Made by a program: the position numbers and the translations under genes. Shown here piece after piece: positions 61,328-64,000 of a stretch of DNA of 64,000 nucleotides. The stretch's first letter is position 1; the number at the start of each line of letters is the position of its first letter. Origin of the DNA: Candidatus Latescibacterota bacterium. Its GTDB lineage: Bacteria; Latescibacterota; UBA2968; UBA8231. The stretch covers positions 96,001-160,000 of the forward strand of contig CBDAOB010000005.1 in assembly GCA_965197905.1 (NCBI GenBank). Reading direction: 5' to 3'. A model generated the notes under the pieces. The model did no database searches and was not told the origin of the DNA. It worked only from the letters and a program-made list of their open reading frames with translations.

Positions 61328-62321
61328 ATGAGCGGGATCAGAAATCGGCCGTTGGGCAAGATAGGTCTGGAGGTAACCGAGGTTGGCTTGGGCGGGGCCT
61401 TCATCCATGAGGGCGCGACGGCGCACGATGAAGCTATTCGCGTTGTCCATCGCGCTTTGGAACTGGGAGTGAACTATTTCGACACCGCCCCTCTCTACGG
61501 GAATTCTCAGGAAGTCCTGGGAGAAGCTCTCCAGGGGCACAAGGAACCCTATCTCTTGGGCACGAAGTGCGGGGCGATGGGACTGGCGGACGGGCCCGTA
61601 CCGCGAGTTGGACGCCTTCAAAGTGCAGCTTGATCAGACGCTGCGGGCTCTCCGGCGCAATTGCGTGGACATCCTCTACATACACGAGGCCGATTGGAGG
61701 GTGTATTGGCAGGCCGAGGTCGCGCCGCGCAAGACAAGGCACATATGCGCAGACGGCGTTTACGACTACGACAACGCGCCAGTGACGCAGTTCCTGGTGT
61801 GGGCCAAGGAGCAGGGAATGGCAAAGCATCTGGGTATTTCCGGCAACAATGCTCACCACCTGGCGAAGGTACTACATGAGATCACTCTCCCCGTGGAAGT
61901 CGTACTGGTTGCATCTCAGTACAGCCTGATTCGGCGCAACGCGAGACAGTACCTTCTGCCACTGGCCAGGAAATTGGGCCAAGGTGTGGTACTCGGGGCG
62001 CCTCTGCAGCAGGGGGAACTGGCCGTTCCTCATGAAGAGTGGATAGAACATCCTCCTGATTGGATGGACGACGACCTTCGGGCTCGATTTGAAATGCTCT
62101 ACGCGATCCATAAAGAGACCGGGATCAGTCTGGCCGCACTTGCAATGCGATTTCTGCTGGCGGACATGGATGTAGCCACCGTGATTCCTGGTGCGGCGAC
62201 AGTGCAACAACTGGAGGAAAATGTCGGCTGCGCAGCTTTGGGCCGTCTTTCACCGGACGTCCATTCCCGACTGGATGCGCTGGGTAGAGTGTTCGAGGGT
62301 GTGCGTGGTGTAGACTATTGA
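61328..62321 (+). CDS. Aldo/keto reductase, frameshifted at a G4 run (61571-61574)
   Basis: FDTAPLYG, TKCG-RWDW.., YIHE, IPGA....QLEEN. Confidence 0.82.
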
Positions 62322-62411
62322 CGGCAGAACGAAGCCTTGCAACCGATCCGAAAGTCGGCGTGTCGGAGTCAAGACCACATCGAGCTTTCAGCACAGCACT
62401 CGACAATTGAA

Positions 62412-62933
62412 ATGATTGAAGTTCGCGAGGAACGCGAAGAGGATATTCAGGAGATTCGGCAGGTAATTGTTGCTGCCGGAGGCGGCAATCCAGAAGATGC
62501 GGCCGCCGATCTGGTTGAGCTGCTCCGAAAGAGAAACAAGGCAGTGATCTCCAGAGTGGCAGTTGGCGGCAACCAGGTGGTTGGCCACATTATGTTCTCG
62601 CGTGTTACCGTAGAAGTCGCGCCCAAGGACCTACTTGCCGTCGGGCTGGCCCCATTGATGGTCAAGCCGGATCGCCAGAGACAAGGCATCGGTACCATGC
62701 TTGTACGTGACGGGTTGAGCGAATGCACAAAAGCTGGTGTCGACATGGTCGTCGTTTTGGGACACACCGAATACTATCCACGATTTGGCTTCGCTGTTGC
62801 GAGCGGTTACGGTCTGCAGAACGAATACAACGCCGACGAGCACTTCATGGTGCTCGCGCTAAAAGATGGGGTCTTCGGCAAGGTTAGTGGCATGATCCAG
62901 TATGCACCGGAATTCGGGGAGACTGGTTGTTAA
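62412..62933 (+). CDS. GNAT N-acetyltransferase (YhbS-like)
   Basis: VGHIMFS, LAPL.V.P..QRQGIG, VLGH..YYPRFGF. Confidence 0.9.
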   Translation: MIEVREEREEDIQEIRQVIVAAGGGNPEDAAADLVELLRKRNKAVISRVAVGGNQVVGHIMFSRVTVEVAPKDLLAVGLAPLMVKPDRQRQGIGTMLVRDGLSECTKAGVDMVVVLGHTEYYPRFGFAVASGYGLQNEYNADEHFMVLALKDGVFGKVSGMIQYAPEFGETGC

Positions 62934-63130
62934 GTTGTGCACCCTGACCTTCGGCAGTCTTTGCCTTGGCCAGGCAGGGATTACTGATCAACATGGGATA
63001 TGCCGTTTTCCAGGATGAGACTGCAGAGGAAACTTGCTGGGTACCCCTCGTTAACCAATGCGGAGAGAATCCACGAGATGTCCTTCCCCTATTCTGAACG
63101 CTTCCCAATCGTGTCCTCATTCGCACCGTC

Positions 63131-63382
63131 CTAGTCAATAACCATTTCGAAATCATCGTACAAATCTTTCTCAACAGCCTGAACTATATAGTGCCATTGT
63201 TCAGCAGGAAAAACGGCCACCAGATCACCTTTTTTAGAGACCACAACATGTTTCTTTTTGGTCAGCCAGTTATGGAGTTTCTCCCCCTCAGGTTCGGGTC
63301 CTTCGACGGAAACGGACTGGCTTTTCTCGTCATATTTTATCTGCCAAGTTCCTTTGCTATTCTTCAACCGCAGAGTCTTCAT
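63131..63382 (-). CDS. Small hypothetical protein
   Basis: 83-aa ORF with protein-like composition, AT-richer than flanks. Confidence 0.55.
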   Translation of the reverse strand: MKTLRLKNSKGTWQIKYDEKSQSVSVEGPEPEGEKLHNWLTKKKHVVVSKKGDLVAVFPAEQWHYIVQAVEKDLYDDFEMVID

Positions 63383-63799
63383 CTGTCTCGATTGTCCAAC
63401 GAAAAAGTAGCACGCCCGATCTAATCGATTTCGGGTAGGTACCAGCTACGTCGCTCTCTAGCAGCCTGTCACGGCGCCTCTTCGTGCAGTTCAACATAGG
63501 GAAATTGGGCGAGCGATAAAAGCAAAGCACAACTCCAAGTTGACTCCCTGCCGCGTTATTTTTGTCTATTCCACCATTGTTTTGTCTGTAAAGAGAGGAT
63601 TCGGTCACGCCCAAGCGATGCTGTTTAACGGTACTGATTTCATCAGTTGAGGTTAAGCTCCGACCTTCCTCCCACTAGTTAATCGCTAGCCGAAGAGATC
63701 TCGGTCAGATTTCGCGCCTTGTTTGCCGCCTGTGAATTACGCATTTTGCCCTAGCGGTCCGAGATCGATATTTGCTACCCAGGATCAAGTGTGACAGCG

Positions 63800-64000
63800 A
63801 TGGAAACGGATCATACCGAACTCGAAAAGGCAGAAGAAGAGTTAGCCCGCCTTTCCACTTTTCCCGAACAGAATCCCAATCCCGTCATTGAGACTGACCC
63901 GTTGGGCAACGTGACCTACCTCAATCCGGCAGCTCGGGAGCGATTTGCCGATCTGCCCACATCCGGACTCGAGCATCCGATACTTGAGGACCTGGAGTCC
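63800..64000 (+). CDS. PAS-domain signalling protein, N-terminus only (runs off window)
   Basis: LARLSTFPEQNPNPVIETD..GNVTYLNPAA. Confidence 0.75.
   Translation, partial: METDHTELEKAEEELARLSTFPEQNPNPVIETDPLGNVTYLNPAARERFADLPTSGLEHPILEDLES

Noticed and set aside
63400..63790. Possible c-di-GMP riboswitch (GGCAAA words on the minus strand)
   Set aside because: The two-hairpin architecture could not be built.
1..64000. CRISPR array, tRNA, rRNA, IS transposase, and the many antisense ORFs in the track
   Set aside because: No regularly spaced repeats, cloverleafs or transposase motifs seen; antisense ORFs are shadows of real genes in GC-rich DNA.

Overview
Roughly 60% GC bacterial accessory region. 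Two proteins carry FlgD-Ig/T9SS-like C-terminal sorting domains (YPNPFN...WDG..SGVYFY), which points to a non-Bacteroidota FCB-group organism such as Latescibacterota; that assignment is inference. The window has five blocks. (1) 1-6 kb, minus strand: a sugar catabolic run, a probable exported UxxC selenoprotein redoxin split by an in-frame TGA with a SECIS-like hairpin, and yjbQ. (2) 6-35 kb: a hollowed-out integron-integrase remnant followed by a long plus-strand run of unrelated genes with intact, half and degenerate attC-like sites, and an embedded DUF4838/GH116/outer-membrane glycan-use locus. (3) 35-38 kb: two GT-C-like membrane genes, the second broken by a group II intron fragment. (4) 38-57 kb: a sigma54-linked signalling island with an NtrC-family activator, five histidine kinases (four sharing a near-identical H-box), an exported FIST protein, two outer-membrane barrels and a cytochrome c'-cupredoxin fusion. 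Three -24/-12 promoters in it are each preceded by a shared 30-bp motif. (5) 57-64 kb: miscellaneous enzymes. Many genes survive only as internally deleted relics. No rRNA, tRNA or CRISPR array was seen. Family calls come from motif recognition only; no searches were run.
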